Part shown: positions 36,367 to 45,608 of the stretch, one piece after another | Layout: every line of letters starts with the position of its first letter | How positions within the stretch are numbered: the first letter of the stretch is position 1 | Assembly: GCA_015163855.1 (NCBI GenBank) | Contig: JAAOIK010000035.1 | Coordinates: 895 to 64,894, forward strand | Direction: 5' to 3' | Source of the DNA: Pseudobdellovibrionaceae bacterium | GTDB taxonomy: Bacteria > Bdellovibrionota > Bdellovibrionia > Bdellovibrionales > UBA1609 | Length of the DNA stretch: 64,000 nucleotides | Notes under the pieces: model-generated | The model's database searches: none | The model's input: the letters and a program-made list of their open reading frames with translations, nothing else | Told to the model about the DNA's origin: nothing | Translations under genes and position numbers: made by a program

Positions 36367-36473
36367 AACTTACTATTTTTACAAAATAAGTTCTATATTT
36401 TGAAAGAGTAGCTAAGAGTTGACTTTTTTAAGAGAAATCAGTAAGTTATTTTTTATTGCAAGGGGTGTATAGT

Positions 36474-36692
36474 ATGTTATTAGACCAAATTAATAAAATG
36501 AAATTTGATATTCGTATGGTAGAAAAAAACTTAAAAGACAAAGTAATTACTCCAAAAGAATATACTCAACATTTAAACGATTTAGCAGAAGAGCAGGGGC
36601 AGGACATTCAGTTTTCTAAGTTAACAGAAGACGCCAACGTTTCTAATGACGCTACCGTTTCTAATGACGCTACCACAGAACAGCTAGACTAA
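36474..36692 (+). CDS. Small hypothetical protein
   Basis: SD AAGGGG lies before the ATG at 36474. C-terminal direct repeat VSNDAT x2. Its 3' end overlaps the convergent minus-strand gene by 4 nt. Confidence 0.35.
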   Translation: MLLDQINKMKFDIRMVEKNLKDKVITPKEYTQHLNDLAEEQGQDIQFSKLTEDANVSNDATVSNDATTEQLD

Positions 36693-37363
36693 CTTAGCTC
36701 TCCAACCCAAAAAGACAGTTGGTTATTATCTTGGCTTAAGCTTTTGGCCACCTTTTCTAAGGTGGTATCTTCTAAGTCGAGCTTAAAAATATTAGAACTA
36801 ACATAAGGCCTACTAATTAAATATAATTTATCAGCATCTTGTAGCTGTACTTTATTTACAATAATATTAGCGGTGTTATATAAACCTAAAACCGCTTTGG
36901 GCAAAGGGTCTTGAGAAGAATTAGAGTAATCAAAACTTAAATCATTTTGACTATGTAATTGTATTAAGCCTATGGAAGCTCTGTGCAACAGTAAATGGGG
37001 CTGCCCCAAACTGGCCCAAAATAAATAGTTATTTTTTAAGCAAAGGCTAGTAACCTCTATACCAAATTGAATTTCCTTTTGATTGTAATCAGAAAATATT
37101 TTTGCATTTAAAATTTTTAAACTACTTTTTAATGCATTTTCCTCTAAGGATAAGTTATTTTCATAAGCAAAAGGGGTGGTGGCCTCTGTATCTTCTTGTA
37201 AGAGCTGAAATTCATTAAAAATGTCTTCTGATAAAGAGGTAGGGTCAATGGGTAAGCCCCAGCATCTTATAAAAGTGTAAAACACTAGGTCAGATTCGTA
37301 TTTATTTACAAAGGTTTTGGGGGTTTTAATATTCTTGTTAAAATATAGTTCATTTAAGTGCAT
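36689..37363 (-). CDS. Hypothetical protein, last gene of the tadC/FHA operon (possibly a degenerate PP2C/SpoIIE-like fold)
   Basis: Lies 11 nt downstream of the double-FHA gene. The pattern ASLGQPHLLLHR..GLIQL....D....PLPKAVLG.......V.LQDADKLYLIS loosely resembles the PP2C/SpoIIE core, but I see no metal-binding Asp motifs. Confidence 0.4.
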   Translation of the reverse strand: MHLNELYFNKNIKTPKTFVNKYESDLVFYTFIRCWGLPIDPTSLSEDIFNEFQLLQEDTEATTPFAYENNLSLEENALKSSLKILNAKIFSDYNQKEIQFGIEVTSLCLKNNYLFWASLGQPHLLLHRASIGLIQLHSQNDLSFDYSNSSQDPLPKAVLGLYNTANIIVNKVQLQDADKLYLISRPYVSSNIFKLDLEDTTLEKVAKSLSQDNNQLSFWVGELS

Positions 37364-37374
37364 AAAATTACCAA

Positions 37375-39288
37375 TTATAAACCTTCATACTTTTGTAGCT
37401 TTCTTTTTGCTTTTTCATAGTACTCTTTATTAGGTATACCTTTTTTTATCATTTTTCGCCACATTTTTTTGGCTAATTCTACCGAGCCCACACTTTCTTC
37501 AAAAACAGAGTCTTTGTAAATGTCTTTTAATTGTTGCCGTGATTTTTGTATTACTGTTTCTATCAAGGCAGAAGTTTTTATATTTTCAGGATCTTGCTGT
37601 AATACTTTTTTACAAAAAGAAAATGCTTTTTTGTATTGTTTATCATCAAAAGCCGTTTTGCACTTAAAAAAAGATGAGTTGATAATCATATTAAATCGTT
37701 TTTTTGCTGCTTGTAGATTTTTTTTTGCCTTTGCTTTTAAGTGGCTAACTCCATAATAAGAATTATTTAAAAAACTTTTAAAGGCTTTGATAGAAACTCG
37801 TAATTGATTTTTTTTATATAATTTTAATGCGCTTCGATATTTTCTTAAACCCCTTTGATAGGATTGCTTATTTTTTTTATTAGTAGCCACTATGTTTGCA
37901 GTTTGTATTTTTCTGGTTTCTATTAAGGCGGTTAAGTTTGCAATACCAGGGTGGTTGGGGTTAATTTCAATGGCAGGGTATAGGCAGCGATTAGTTTCTG
38001 TGTCGGATGATTTTTTAGAAGTAAAATTTTGTTCACATTTTTCTATAATAGATAAAATTTTATTGTTAATTCTTTCTTTTTCTTCCACCTGTCGCCTTTT
38101 TTCTTTTTGATCTTGGCTAAGCTGATAGGCTTGTTGGCAATAGTGTTCTAATTCTTTAGAGTTTTTATAAGAGGGCATAGAGGCATGAATTTTTTTTAAA
38201 ATAGCACTGCACAATTGGTATTTTCCACTAGTATAATGAGTTTGTGCCAAGCGTAAATTATCTTCTAGCAGTTGAATTTGCCCGGGCTTTAGTTGGTTGG
38301 TTTTGTTTGTGTGCTTTGCAATAGTGGGTTTATCCTCTAAAGAAAATAAAAAAGCCATTACTAGTATAGCGAAAACTCCAATATACAAGTATTGCTTTTC
38401 TTTGATTGCATATACAACGGCAGATAAGCCAGTGAGATTGTTTTCAAGGGGTAACTCTGCTTCTGTTTTCGTAGAGGCTATTTGAAAGTTTTGATAATTT
38501 TCATTAATAATTTCAAAGCTAATTTTTAATTTCTTAACTTCAATAGTATCACCATGAGCTAGTTCTTGCGATTCATTTTTCTTTAATTTATCCCCATTAA
38601 GTTTAGTTCCGTTTACACTGCCTAAGTCGGTTACCCAATAACCACTACTGTCTTTATTTATTTCTAAATGATAGCGGCTTAACTTTCCATAGTTAATGTT
38701 AGTATTACAGTCGGTTGCTCGGCCAATAATCCATGAATTTTCGGTTAATTTAACACTTTCAGAAAGTTTTTTACCAGGTTTGTAAATATTTAACTGTGCG
38801 GATAAGTTAGATTTAATAATTGCCGTATATTCGGAAGTAACCTCTTCATTGTCTAACTCTAGGGGGCTTTCTTTGTCTTCGGAAGGGGTTTGTGCATCTT
38901 CGGGTTCGTGGCTTTCTTCGCCTTCTTCGCTTTTGTATTCGTCTTCTGACTCTTCGGCCTTTTGTTCTTGATTGGTATCAAAATCTTTCTCTAAGGTAGT
39001 GGTTTGAAATAAAAAAACAAAATCACCAATAGTAAATGCACTTTGGTTTTCTAAAACTTGTTCTTCTATCAATTCATTTTTATAAAGTAGTTCTCCCGAG
39101 CGTGATAATTTTTTTATAACCCACGAGCCGCCTTGATAGTAAAGGCTACTGTGTTTTCTAGATAAAGACTGCCCTCCCTCTAAAGGAATATCGGCCTCTT
39201 GGCTTCTGCCAATAATATACTCTTGTTGCTCGTCGAGTTCTAGCTCGGCATAGTCTTGCGATTTGTATGTAATCAGTAATTGAGCCAT
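37375..39288 (-). CDS. Membrane protein with two FHA domains and a C-terminal TPR-like region
   Basis: FHA 1: YIIGRSQEADIPL...SLSRKHSSL...G. FHA 2: WIIGRATDCNTNI..KLSRYHLEI....GYWVTDLGSVNGTKLNG. An acidic linker, one TM segment (YLYIGVFAILVMAFLF), then helical repeats. Confidence 0.8.
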   Translation of the reverse strand: MAQLLITYKSQDYAELELDEQQEYIIGRSQEADIPLEGGQSLSRKHSSLYYQGGSWVIKKLSRSGELLYKNELIEEQVLENQSAFTIGDFVFLFQTTTLEKDFDTNQEQKAEESEDEYKSEEGEESHEPEDAQTPSEDKESPLELDNEEVTSEYTAIIKSNLSAQLNIYKPGKKLSESVKLTENSWIIGRATDCNTNINYGKLSRYHLEINKDSSGYWVTDLGSVNGTKLNGDKLKKNESQELAHGDTIEVKKLKISFEIINENYQNFQIASTKTEAELPLENNLTGLSAVVYAIKEKQYLYIGVFAILVMAFLFSLEDKPTIAKHTNKTNQLKPGQIQLLEDNLRLAQTHYTSGKYQLCSAILKKIHASMPSYKNSKELEHYCQQAYQLSQDQKEKRRQVEEKERINNKILSIIEKCEQNFTSKKSSDTETNRCLYPAIEINPNHPGIANLTALIETRKIQTANIVATNKKNKQSYQRGLRKYRSALKLYKKNQLRVSIKAFKSFLNNSYYGVSHLKAKAKKNLQAAKKRFNMIINSSFFKCKTAFDDKQYKKAFSFCKKVLQQDPENIKTSALIETVIQKSRQQLKDIYKDSVFEESVGSVELAKKMWRKMIKKGIPNKEYYEKAKRKLQKYEGL

Positions 39289-39291
39289 ATA

Positions 39292-40218
39292 TTAATATTG
39301 TCCTTTTAAGCGCAAGGCACAAAGCTGAAAGTTTACTTTTGCTTCTTTATAGGTGTTGTTATTTTTATTATTTAGCATAATCATTACATTTCTAAAAGCT
39401 GTTTTGCAGGATTTGTTTTGGTGTTGCTTTAAATATTTTTGTCCTAATAGTATATGATATTGCACTAATTCTAAAAATTTACGACGAGCTAAAATAATAT
39501 AACGATTGCAAAGCTTATGGTCGGGAATTAAAGACAGGCAGGCTTGAAAAGAGGAAGAGGCGTTTTGGTATTTACCTTGTCTGTATTCTCTAAAGCCAGA
39601 AAGATAAAAAATTTGTGCTTTTTTGTAAAGTTGATCTCTTACACGATCTTGTTGCTGCTGTTTGTACAGCGTAGTAGTTTGCTCTTGAATACTTGCAATT
39701 TCTTTTTCTATATTTTGAAAACTAGTAAATGCCTTTTTTTTCTTTTCTTTTTTAGCAGGAAGAAGAATAAAAAGCATAAGCATAAGCACGCCAGCAATAA
39801 CAAGAGGTTTTTTATAAGAATTTTTTTTAGCACTAGCACTAGCACTAGCGCTAGCGCTAAAATGATTGTCATTAAATCCTTGCTCTGATGAGTTTGGCTG
39901 GGCTTGTAATAAGTTAGGAATTTCTATTTTAAAAGTGGTTTTTCCTATAATAAAGTTATCCAAATGTTTTAAAGCAGTTTTAGAGTCAATGTTTTTATTG
40001 TTTACCGTAATTTTATTGTTGTTACTGATGTTATAAATAATAATAGAGCCATTAGCATGAGCTTCGATTACGGCGTGTTTTCGGCTACAGCTAGGGTCGA
40101 AATCTAAAGTAACATCACTATCATTGTTGCGGCCCAAACTTAATTTTTGCGTTTTTATATTAAAAAAACTACCTTTTTTTGGTCCGGATATAATGTGTAA
40201 TGTGTATTTTAAATTCAT
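39292..40218 (-). CDS. FHA-domain membrane protein
   Basis: LSLGRNNDSDVTLDFDPSCSRKHAVIEA....IIIYNISNNNKITVNNK. An (SA)5 run, one TM segment (VIAGVLMLMLFILL), and a helical C-terminus. Confidence 0.78.
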   Translation of the reverse strand: MNLKYTLHIISGPKKGSFFNIKTQKLSLGRNNDSDVTLDFDPSCSRKHAVIEAHANGSIIIYNISNNNKITVNNKNIDSKTALKHLDNFIIGKTTFKIEIPNLLQAQPNSSEQGFNDNHFSASASASASAKKNSYKKPLVIAGVLMLMLFILLPAKKEKKKKAFTSFQNIEKEIASIQEQTTTLYKQQQQDRVRDQLYKKAQIFYLSGFREYRQGKYQNASSSFQACLSLIPDHKLCNRYIILARRKFLELVQYHILLGQKYLKQHQNKSCKTAFRNVMIMLNNKNNNTYKEAKVNFQLCALRLKGQY

Positions 40219-40270
40219 AGCTGTATAATTGGTATATTTTTACTTATGCCCATCCTCCCTTTAGTATAAG

Positions 40271-41773
40271 TTATTCTTTTGGAGTAAACACCAATAAAGC
40301 ATAATCTATTGACTTAAGGCCAAAGAGTAATTGCAGTTCAATATTGTAAGTGTAATCTTGCAGCTCTATAAATCCAGAAACATTGCTTTCGTGTTTAGAT
40401 CTTTCTAGTAAATCTTGCAAATTTAATTTTAAGCTTTGGTCGACTAAATTTTCTACTTCTTGATGCAATATACTTTCTTCAAAAAGCTGATCAGCCTGAA
40501 GATTTGTACTAATTACTTTGTGGCTTTTATAATCTAAAATCAAACTAGGGTAGCCAATCAATTGAGTGACCTTGTTAACTTCTTCAAACTTATCATAATG
40601 AGTAGCGGGGGCAGAACTTTCTGCATTTTCTTGCTCTTTAAGCAATACAATGCGATTTAAAATATTATTAATCTGTTCAATACATTTTTGCAAAGCAGAA
40701 AATTGATAAGGGATATTAACAGTACCTTGATTTTTTTCTAAAGAACTTTGTATCTGCACATTTAATTGATTAAAAATGTAACTAATTATTTTAAATAAAA
40801 AGAAAAACAAAATCGAGCCAATTAGCAAACCAATAAATAAAGTTTGGATAAATAAACTTAAAGCTCGTCCGTCACTAAAGCTAAGGCTTCCCATATTATA
40901 AATAATAACCGCATAAGCTAGTGTTTTTAACTCTGCAGATCGACTTAAAAATTGAATGGGTTTGATAGCTATAATAGTGCTAGAATCTAGCTGTTTAAAA
41001 TACTCATTATTTTTATCTATTCCAATAAATAAATTATTAATATTTTCGGGTGGATATTGTCCTTGTTCACTAAGAGGGGCAATAATGCGATTATTTTCTG
41101 CAGAAATAATAAAGGCTTGATCCACCCCAGGTTCTTGCAGGGCTACCGAAGTGCTAATAGCTGCTTTGGGGCCTTTTTGTAAGTACACTTTATTTAAAGT
41201 AGCCAAATGTTTTGCAATCCCTAAGGCTCTATTTTGACTTTCTTTTTGTATGCTCGATTGCAACAAAGTTCCTAAGGGAATATAGGATAAGCTAGTCATA
41301 ATTAAAACAAAACTAATTAATAAAAGGCCAAGTACATAGCGAAAATCTAAAAGCTCGGGTAGTTTGTAAATGCCGGGCAATAAAGCTGTTTCTATTTTGT
41401 TGTTTAAAAACTCTTTAACAGAAGAAAACTTTGTGTTGTTTTCTATTTTTGTTTCTATATTAGAGGGGCTTTGAAAATTAACTATTTTTTCGCCACTAGT
41501 GATAATGGCTTGTAGATCGTGCAAGTTAAGTTGTGCGCCATTTTCTATTGGCGAGTTAGTAATTTTTTTTCCATTAATAAAACTACCATTGCTAGAGTTT
41601 AAATCTTCAATGTAAAGCTGGTTATCTTGTAAGTAAAAACGACAATGCTTTTTAGAAACACTATTGTGGGGGATGTGAATATTACACTGCTTAGAGCGAC
41701 CAACAATGTCTTGATCGTTAATTTGTATATGCTTTCCTTTTAAAGGACCATTTAAAAATTGAATAGACCACAT
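40271..41773 (-). CDS. FHA-domain protein with two TM segments (sensor-like topology)
   Basis: IVGRSKQCNIHIPHNSVSKKHCRFYLQDNQLYIEDLNSSNGSFINGKKI. Two TM helices flank a ~130-aa segment. The ~170-aa C-terminal domain is unrecognised. Confidence 0.78.
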   Translation of the reverse strand: MWSIQFLNGPLKGKHIQINDQDIVGRSKQCNIHIPHNSVSKKHCRFYLQDNQLYIEDLNSSNGSFINGKKITNSPIENGAQLNLHDLQAIITSGEKIVNFQSPSNIETKIENNTKFSSVKEFLNNKIETALLPGIYKLPELLDFRYVLGLLLISFVLIMTSLSYIPLGTLLQSSIQKESQNRALGIAKHLATLNKVYLQKGPKAAISTSVALQEPGVDQAFIISAENNRIIAPLSEQGQYPPENINNLFIGIDKNNEYFKQLDSSTIIAIKPIQFLSRSAELKTLAYAVIIYNMGSLSFSDGRALSLFIQTLFIGLLIGSILFFFLFKIISYIFNQLNVQIQSSLEKNQGTVNIPYQFSALQKCIEQINNILNRIVLLKEQENAESSAPATHYDKFEEVNKVTQLIGYPSLILDYKSHKVISTNLQADQLFEESILHQEVENLVDQSLKLNLQDLLERSKHESNVSGFIELQDYTYNIELQLLFGLKSIDYALLVFTPKE

Positions 41774-41782
41774 AATGTTACT

Positions 41783-42121
41783 TTATTTTTGTAATAAAAG
41801 TTGATCTCCAACTTTTATGTTGTTTAGTTCTCCTGCATTAAACTCCATTACAGAATCAGCCTTAATATAGAAGAAAGTTATCCTCCAAGGTTTTAAGGCT
41901 TTAATAATTTTTATTACTCTTAGTTTTTTATCTACAAACAAAATATCTAAAGTAAACTTCATAAAACAACTATGAACACTTTTGCATTGTGAAATCCAAA
42001 GGCAGTGCCCATGGGCAAGGGGATTGCTAAACATAAGGCCTTTTAATCGTGATTTAAAACTACGGGCCATATGCACTTTTGTGCTTAATACTTTAGAGTT
42101 TTTTTGGTTAATTAGTTTCAT
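41783..42121 (-). CDS. DUF192 (COG1430)-like small protein
   Basis: RLKGLMFSNPL..GHCLWI..C.SVHSCFMKFTLDILFVDKKLRVIKI fits the DUF192 pattern GLMfr...l....gmlF.......fwMknt..pLDiiF.d. Confidence 0.55.
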   Translation of the reverse strand: MKLINQKNSKVLSTKVHMARSFKSRLKGLMFSNPLAHGHCLWISQCKSVHSCFMKFTLDILFVDKKLRVIKIIKALKPWRITFFYIKADSVMEFNAGELNNIKVGDQLLLQK

Positions 42122-42178
42122 ATTTATTAAGCCCTTTTAAAATAAAAAATCATTAATTAATATAATTATAAAATCGGT

Positions 42179-43081
42179 TTATTTTCCATACATAAATTGT
42201 AAAATAACAGGAGCAAAAACCACTAAAAAAATTGCAGGAACAATAAATAAAACCATAGGTAGTAAAATGGCTTGCGAAGCTGTTGCCCCGGCCTTTTCTG
42301 CCCGAGATAGTCGGTTGCCTCTCATTTGTTTAGATTGCTCATTTAAAACTTTGGATATGCTGGCACCAGTTTTGTCTGCATCGATAATCATAGAGCAAAA
42401 GCTGGTAACCTCGGGGATATCTAGTCTATGCATTAAACTTTTTAAGGCTTTTTCTCTAGAGCTACCTAATTTAATATCTTTTAATACAATTTTTAACTCT
42501 TTACATAGTATACGATCGTCTCCTAATTTTTCACTAATTCGTTGTATGGCTCCAATAAAATCTAAGCCCGCTTCGATAGATAAAGATAGTAGATCAATAA
42601 AAAAGGGAAGGTCTTCTATAATAGAAAGGTGGCGTTTTTTTTTACTGTTTTGACAATGAAAGTTTGGAAACAAAGTTCCCAAAAAGCCAATACCTATTAC
42701 TAACGGGGTAGGTATTCCCATTTGCAATGCAAAATTTAATACTAATAAAAATAAAGGAAAGCCCACTCCCCATAAAAATTGTAAGCCAATAAATTCATCA
42801 ACAGTAAGTTCGTTTTCTAAACCAGCTGTAATAATTTGTTTTTCTATTTTTTCTCTATATTTTTTTGCTTTTATTTGTATAGCGTATTTTAAAGTAAAGT
42901 TTTTTACCAAAGGTCTGGAAAAATTAATAATAGGAGACGCAGAGCTTTGTCTTTCATCGCCTAAAGCAAAGCTTAAAGCTTGCATATCTTGATCGGTATG
43001 AAGTAAAGTGTATACAAACAAGTACACGCTAAAAGCAAATAAAATTAGTCCGCTAATTAAAATAAAATAGTGATTTAACAT
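42179..43081 (-). CDS. tadC: Tad/Flp pilus assembly inner-membrane platform protein (TadC/TadB, GspF-like)
   Basis: T2SS-F-type domain: LPFFIDLLSLSIEAGLDFIGAIQRISEKL...LKDIKLGSSREKALKSL......EVTSFCSMIIDADKTGASISKVL..QS. N- and C-terminal TM helices. Confidence 0.8.
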   Translation of the reverse strand: MLNHYFILISGLILFAFSVYLFVYTLLHTDQDMQALSFALGDERQSSASPIINFSRPLVKNFTLKYAIQIKAKKYREKIEKQIITAGLENELTVDEFIGLQFLWGVGFPLFLLVLNFALQMGIPTPLVIGIGFLGTLFPNFHCQNSKKKRHLSIIEDLPFFIDLLSLSIEAGLDFIGAIQRISEKLGDDRILCKELKIVLKDIKLGSSREKALKSLMHRLDIPEVTSFCSMIIDADKTGASISKVLNEQSKQMRGNRLSRAEKAGATASQAILLPMVLFIVPAIFLVVFAPVILQFMYGK

Positions 43082-43082
43082 A

Positions 43083-43673
43083 ATGTTTTTAACCTATCAG
43101 TTAGTTTTGTGTTCTAGCTCTCCTCGTCGCCAAGATATTTTACAAAAATCTGGTTATCATTTTTTATTAGATTCACCTAAAATATCGGAAATATTAGATA
43201 AAAACATAAATATTGATGTAGCTTTGCAAAAAGTAGCTGGACAAAAAGCCAGGGCTTCTGTTTACGCCACAAGGCTAGATCGTCCGTATTTAATTGTTGG
43301 CTCAGATACCATTGTGTTTTTTAATAATACAGTGTTTGGTAAGCCAAAAAACGAGCAGGAAGCTTACGAAACCTTAAAACTTTTGTCTGGCAACACTCAT
43401 GAAGTAAAAACGGCATTTAGTATATTAAATGTGTCTTTAAATGAAACAGTTTTTCATACAGAAACTACCAAAGTAACCTTTAAGACATTAAGCGATTCTG
43501 TAATTACTAATTACATTAAAACCAAAGAGCCAATAGATAAGGCAGGGGCCTATGGCTTTCAAGATAAAGGCCGTAGTTTAGTGGCCAGTATTTTGGGGGA
43601 GGAAAACAACATTATAGGCTTTCCTTTAAAAGCTTTTCAAAAAATACTAAAAGAAAAAAATTGGCAATGTTAA
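43083..43673 (+). CDS. maf: Maf-like nucleoside triphosphate pyrophosphatase
   Basis: LVLCSSSPRRQDIL, VGSDTIV and DKAGAYGFQ motifs. Confidence 0.88.
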   Translation: MFLTYQLVLCSSSPRRQDILQKSGYHFLLDSPKISEILDKNINIDVALQKVAGQKARASVYATRLDRPYLIVGSDTIVFFNNTVFGKPKNEQEAYETLKLLSGNTHEVKTAFSILNVSLNETVFHTETTKVTFKTLSDSVITNYIKTKEPIDKAGAYGFQDKGRSLVASILGEENNIIGFPLKAFQKILKEKNWQC

Positions 43674-44416
43674 AACAAATAACGCCAAAACTTTCTTTTA
43701 AAAACTGTGTGCAATTACAAGAAAAGTACCAATGTAAAGTGGTTGCTATTAGTAAAAAACAAAGTGTAGAAAGCATTCGGCAAGCCTACCAACAAGGTTT
43801 TAGGCATTTTGGCGAAAGTTATGTACAAGAGGCTTTGTTAAAACAAGAGGCTTTACAAACATTGTGTCCAGATATTATTTGGCATTTTGTGGGCAACATT
43901 CAAACTAATAAATTAAAAGGAATAGTTTCTAATTTTTCTTACCTACATTCGGTAGGTAGCCTTAAGGCAGTGCAAAAAATTATTGCGTATCAAGACCAAC
44001 TGGCGTCTTTAAATCAAAAACCTTTAAAGATATTTTTGCAAATTAATATTAGTAAAGATGTTAAAAAATCAGGATTTATTTTAACAGAGTCTATGGTTAA
44101 CTCGCAACAGACTAAGGCTAGTTTTTTTTCTTCCCCCGATTTTTTAAAAAGTTTAGAGGCTATTAAAAACACTTTGCATGTTCACTGCCAAGGCTTAATG
44201 ACCATGCCTTTTTTGTATTCTGATTTAAAACAACTAGAGCGAGATTTTCAAAAACTTCAGGCTATTTCGCAGCACTACTCTAAACAAATAAACGACAAGC
44301 TAGACACTTCTATGGGAACTAGTCGTGATTATAAACTGGCCTTAAACGCAGGGGCTGACTGGGTTCGGTTAGGAGAAAGTATTTTTGGGCCAAGAGAGCT
44401 TGTTGCCAGAAGATAA
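43661..44416 (+). CDS. yggS: YggS-family pyridoxal-phosphate homeostasis protein
   Basis: VVAISKKQS (PLP Lys), FGESYVQE, WHFVGNIQTNK, SMGTSRDY. Confidence 0.85.
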   Translation: MAMLKQITPKLSFKNCVQLQEKYQCKVVAISKKQSVESIRQAYQQGFRHFGESYVQEALLKQEALQTLCPDIIWHFVGNIQTNKLKGIVSNFSYLHSVGSLKAVQKIIAYQDQLASLNQKPLKIFLQINISKDVKKSGFILTESMVNSQQTKASFFSSPDFLKSLEAIKNTLHVHCQGLMTMPFLYSDLKQLERDFQKLQAISQHYSKQINDKLDTSMGTSRDYKLALNAGADWVRLGESIFGPRELVARR

Positions 44417-44437
44417 CTAAAGCTTTAGCATTTAGTT

Positions 44438-45301
44438 ATGTTTAACTCTGAAGCTATATTTTTAAAAAACAAAAAATTAGGTTTTATAGGTGCGGGTAAT
44501 ATGACTCAGCATATTTTAACCCCTTTGTTAGCCGATAATATTTTAAAACCAGAGCAAGTGTTGGTTAGCAATCGCTCGGCGCAAAAGTTGCAAAAGTTGC
44601 AAGACAAACTGCATATTACTCCCTGTCAGTCTAACGAAGAGTTGCTAGAAAAAGCAGATATTATAATTTTGGCTATCAAGCCTCAAGACTTGTACGAGGC
44701 CTTGGAACCAGTGCTAGCTTACTTTGAACCTCGCCATGAGGTAATCAGTTTAGCTGCAGGGGTTTCTTTAAAATCCTTAAGTAAATTATTTCCCAAAGTT
44801 AATCTGTTATCTAGGGTCATGCTTAGTACCGCGGTTAAAATTAAACAAGCCGTTATAGCTTATGATTTTATGAAAAATGGAAATTTTGCACAAAGTGCTG
44901 ACGAAGGCGCTTTTAGCGTGAAGGCTTTGTTTTCTCCCTTAGGAAAATTACTATTTTTAAAAGGAGACCAATCTTTTCGAGCATTTACTGTGGGAGCGGG
45001 CGGAGGTATAGCTTTAATTTATGAGCTAATGATTTATTGGCAAGGCTGGCTAAAAGATTATGAAATTACAGGGCCTATGGCAGAGCAAATTACGCAATAC
45101 ACTTTTTTGGCGGCCTCACAGATGGTCATTGGTGACAACAAACCCATGGAAGAGTTGCAACAAGCGGTGACTTCTGCAAAGGGGGTTACCATAGAGGCCT
45201 TAGAGGCAATGCGAGCTTCTAATTTAGAGGGGCAGTTGCATCACGCTTTTGAACAAGCTCGCCTTAAAGATGTGCAATTATCCAGTGAATTTAAAAAATA
45301 A
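44438..45301 (+). CDS. proC: Pyrroline-5-carboxylate reductase
   Basis: GFIGAGNM Rossmann motif, ILAIKPQD, and C-terminal VTSAKGVTIEAL. Confidence 0.85.
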   Translation: MFNSEAIFLKNKKLGFIGAGNMTQHILTPLLADNILKPEQVLVSNRSAQKLQKLQDKLHITPCQSNEELLEKADIIILAIKPQDLYEALEPVLAYFEPRHEVISLAAGVSLKSLSKLFPKVNLLSRVMLSTAVKIKQAVIAYDFMKNGNFAQSADEGAFSVKALFSPLGKLLFLKGDQSFRAFTVGAGGGIALIYELMIYWQGWLKDYEITGPMAEQITQYTFLAASQMVIGDNKPMEELQQAVTSAKGVTIEALEAMRASNLEGQLHHAFEQARLKDVQLSSEFKK

Positions 45302-45373
45302 GCAAAGCCAAGCAAAAAATATTTCGCCATAAAAAGAAAAAGCTTTTTTGCAAAAAGCGCTAACTAAAAACTA

Positions 45374-45402
45374 TTGACAATACCTAGTAAAAGTCGCATA
45401 TT
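45374..45402 (+). promoter_or_regulatory. Possible sigma70-type promoter of the S10 operon, followed by a ~200-nt leader
   Basis: TTGACA (45374-45379), 17-nt spacer, CATATT (45397-45402). Sequence match only. Confidence 0.4.
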
Positions 45403-45608
45403 CGGACGCTGTAGAGATAAGTTAGATGGTATTTACTAAAAGTCCTTCGGGAAACTAAAGATAAATAACTCTCTAATGTTGGTATTTTTTTGTCTAAACA
45501 CTGGAAAATACTAAAGTAATTAGAAGAATAAAAGCCACTATTTCTTTTTAACTTATAATTAAGTGATAAAAAAAATAGTAAAAATATATAAAAAAGAGGA
45601 AGTTTATA

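Noticed and set aside
39829-39858. A hexamer tandem repeat, AGCACT x3 plus AGCGCT x2.
   Set aside because: It simply encodes the (SA)5 linker of the 308-aa FHA protein. It could vary by slippage but is not a separate feature.
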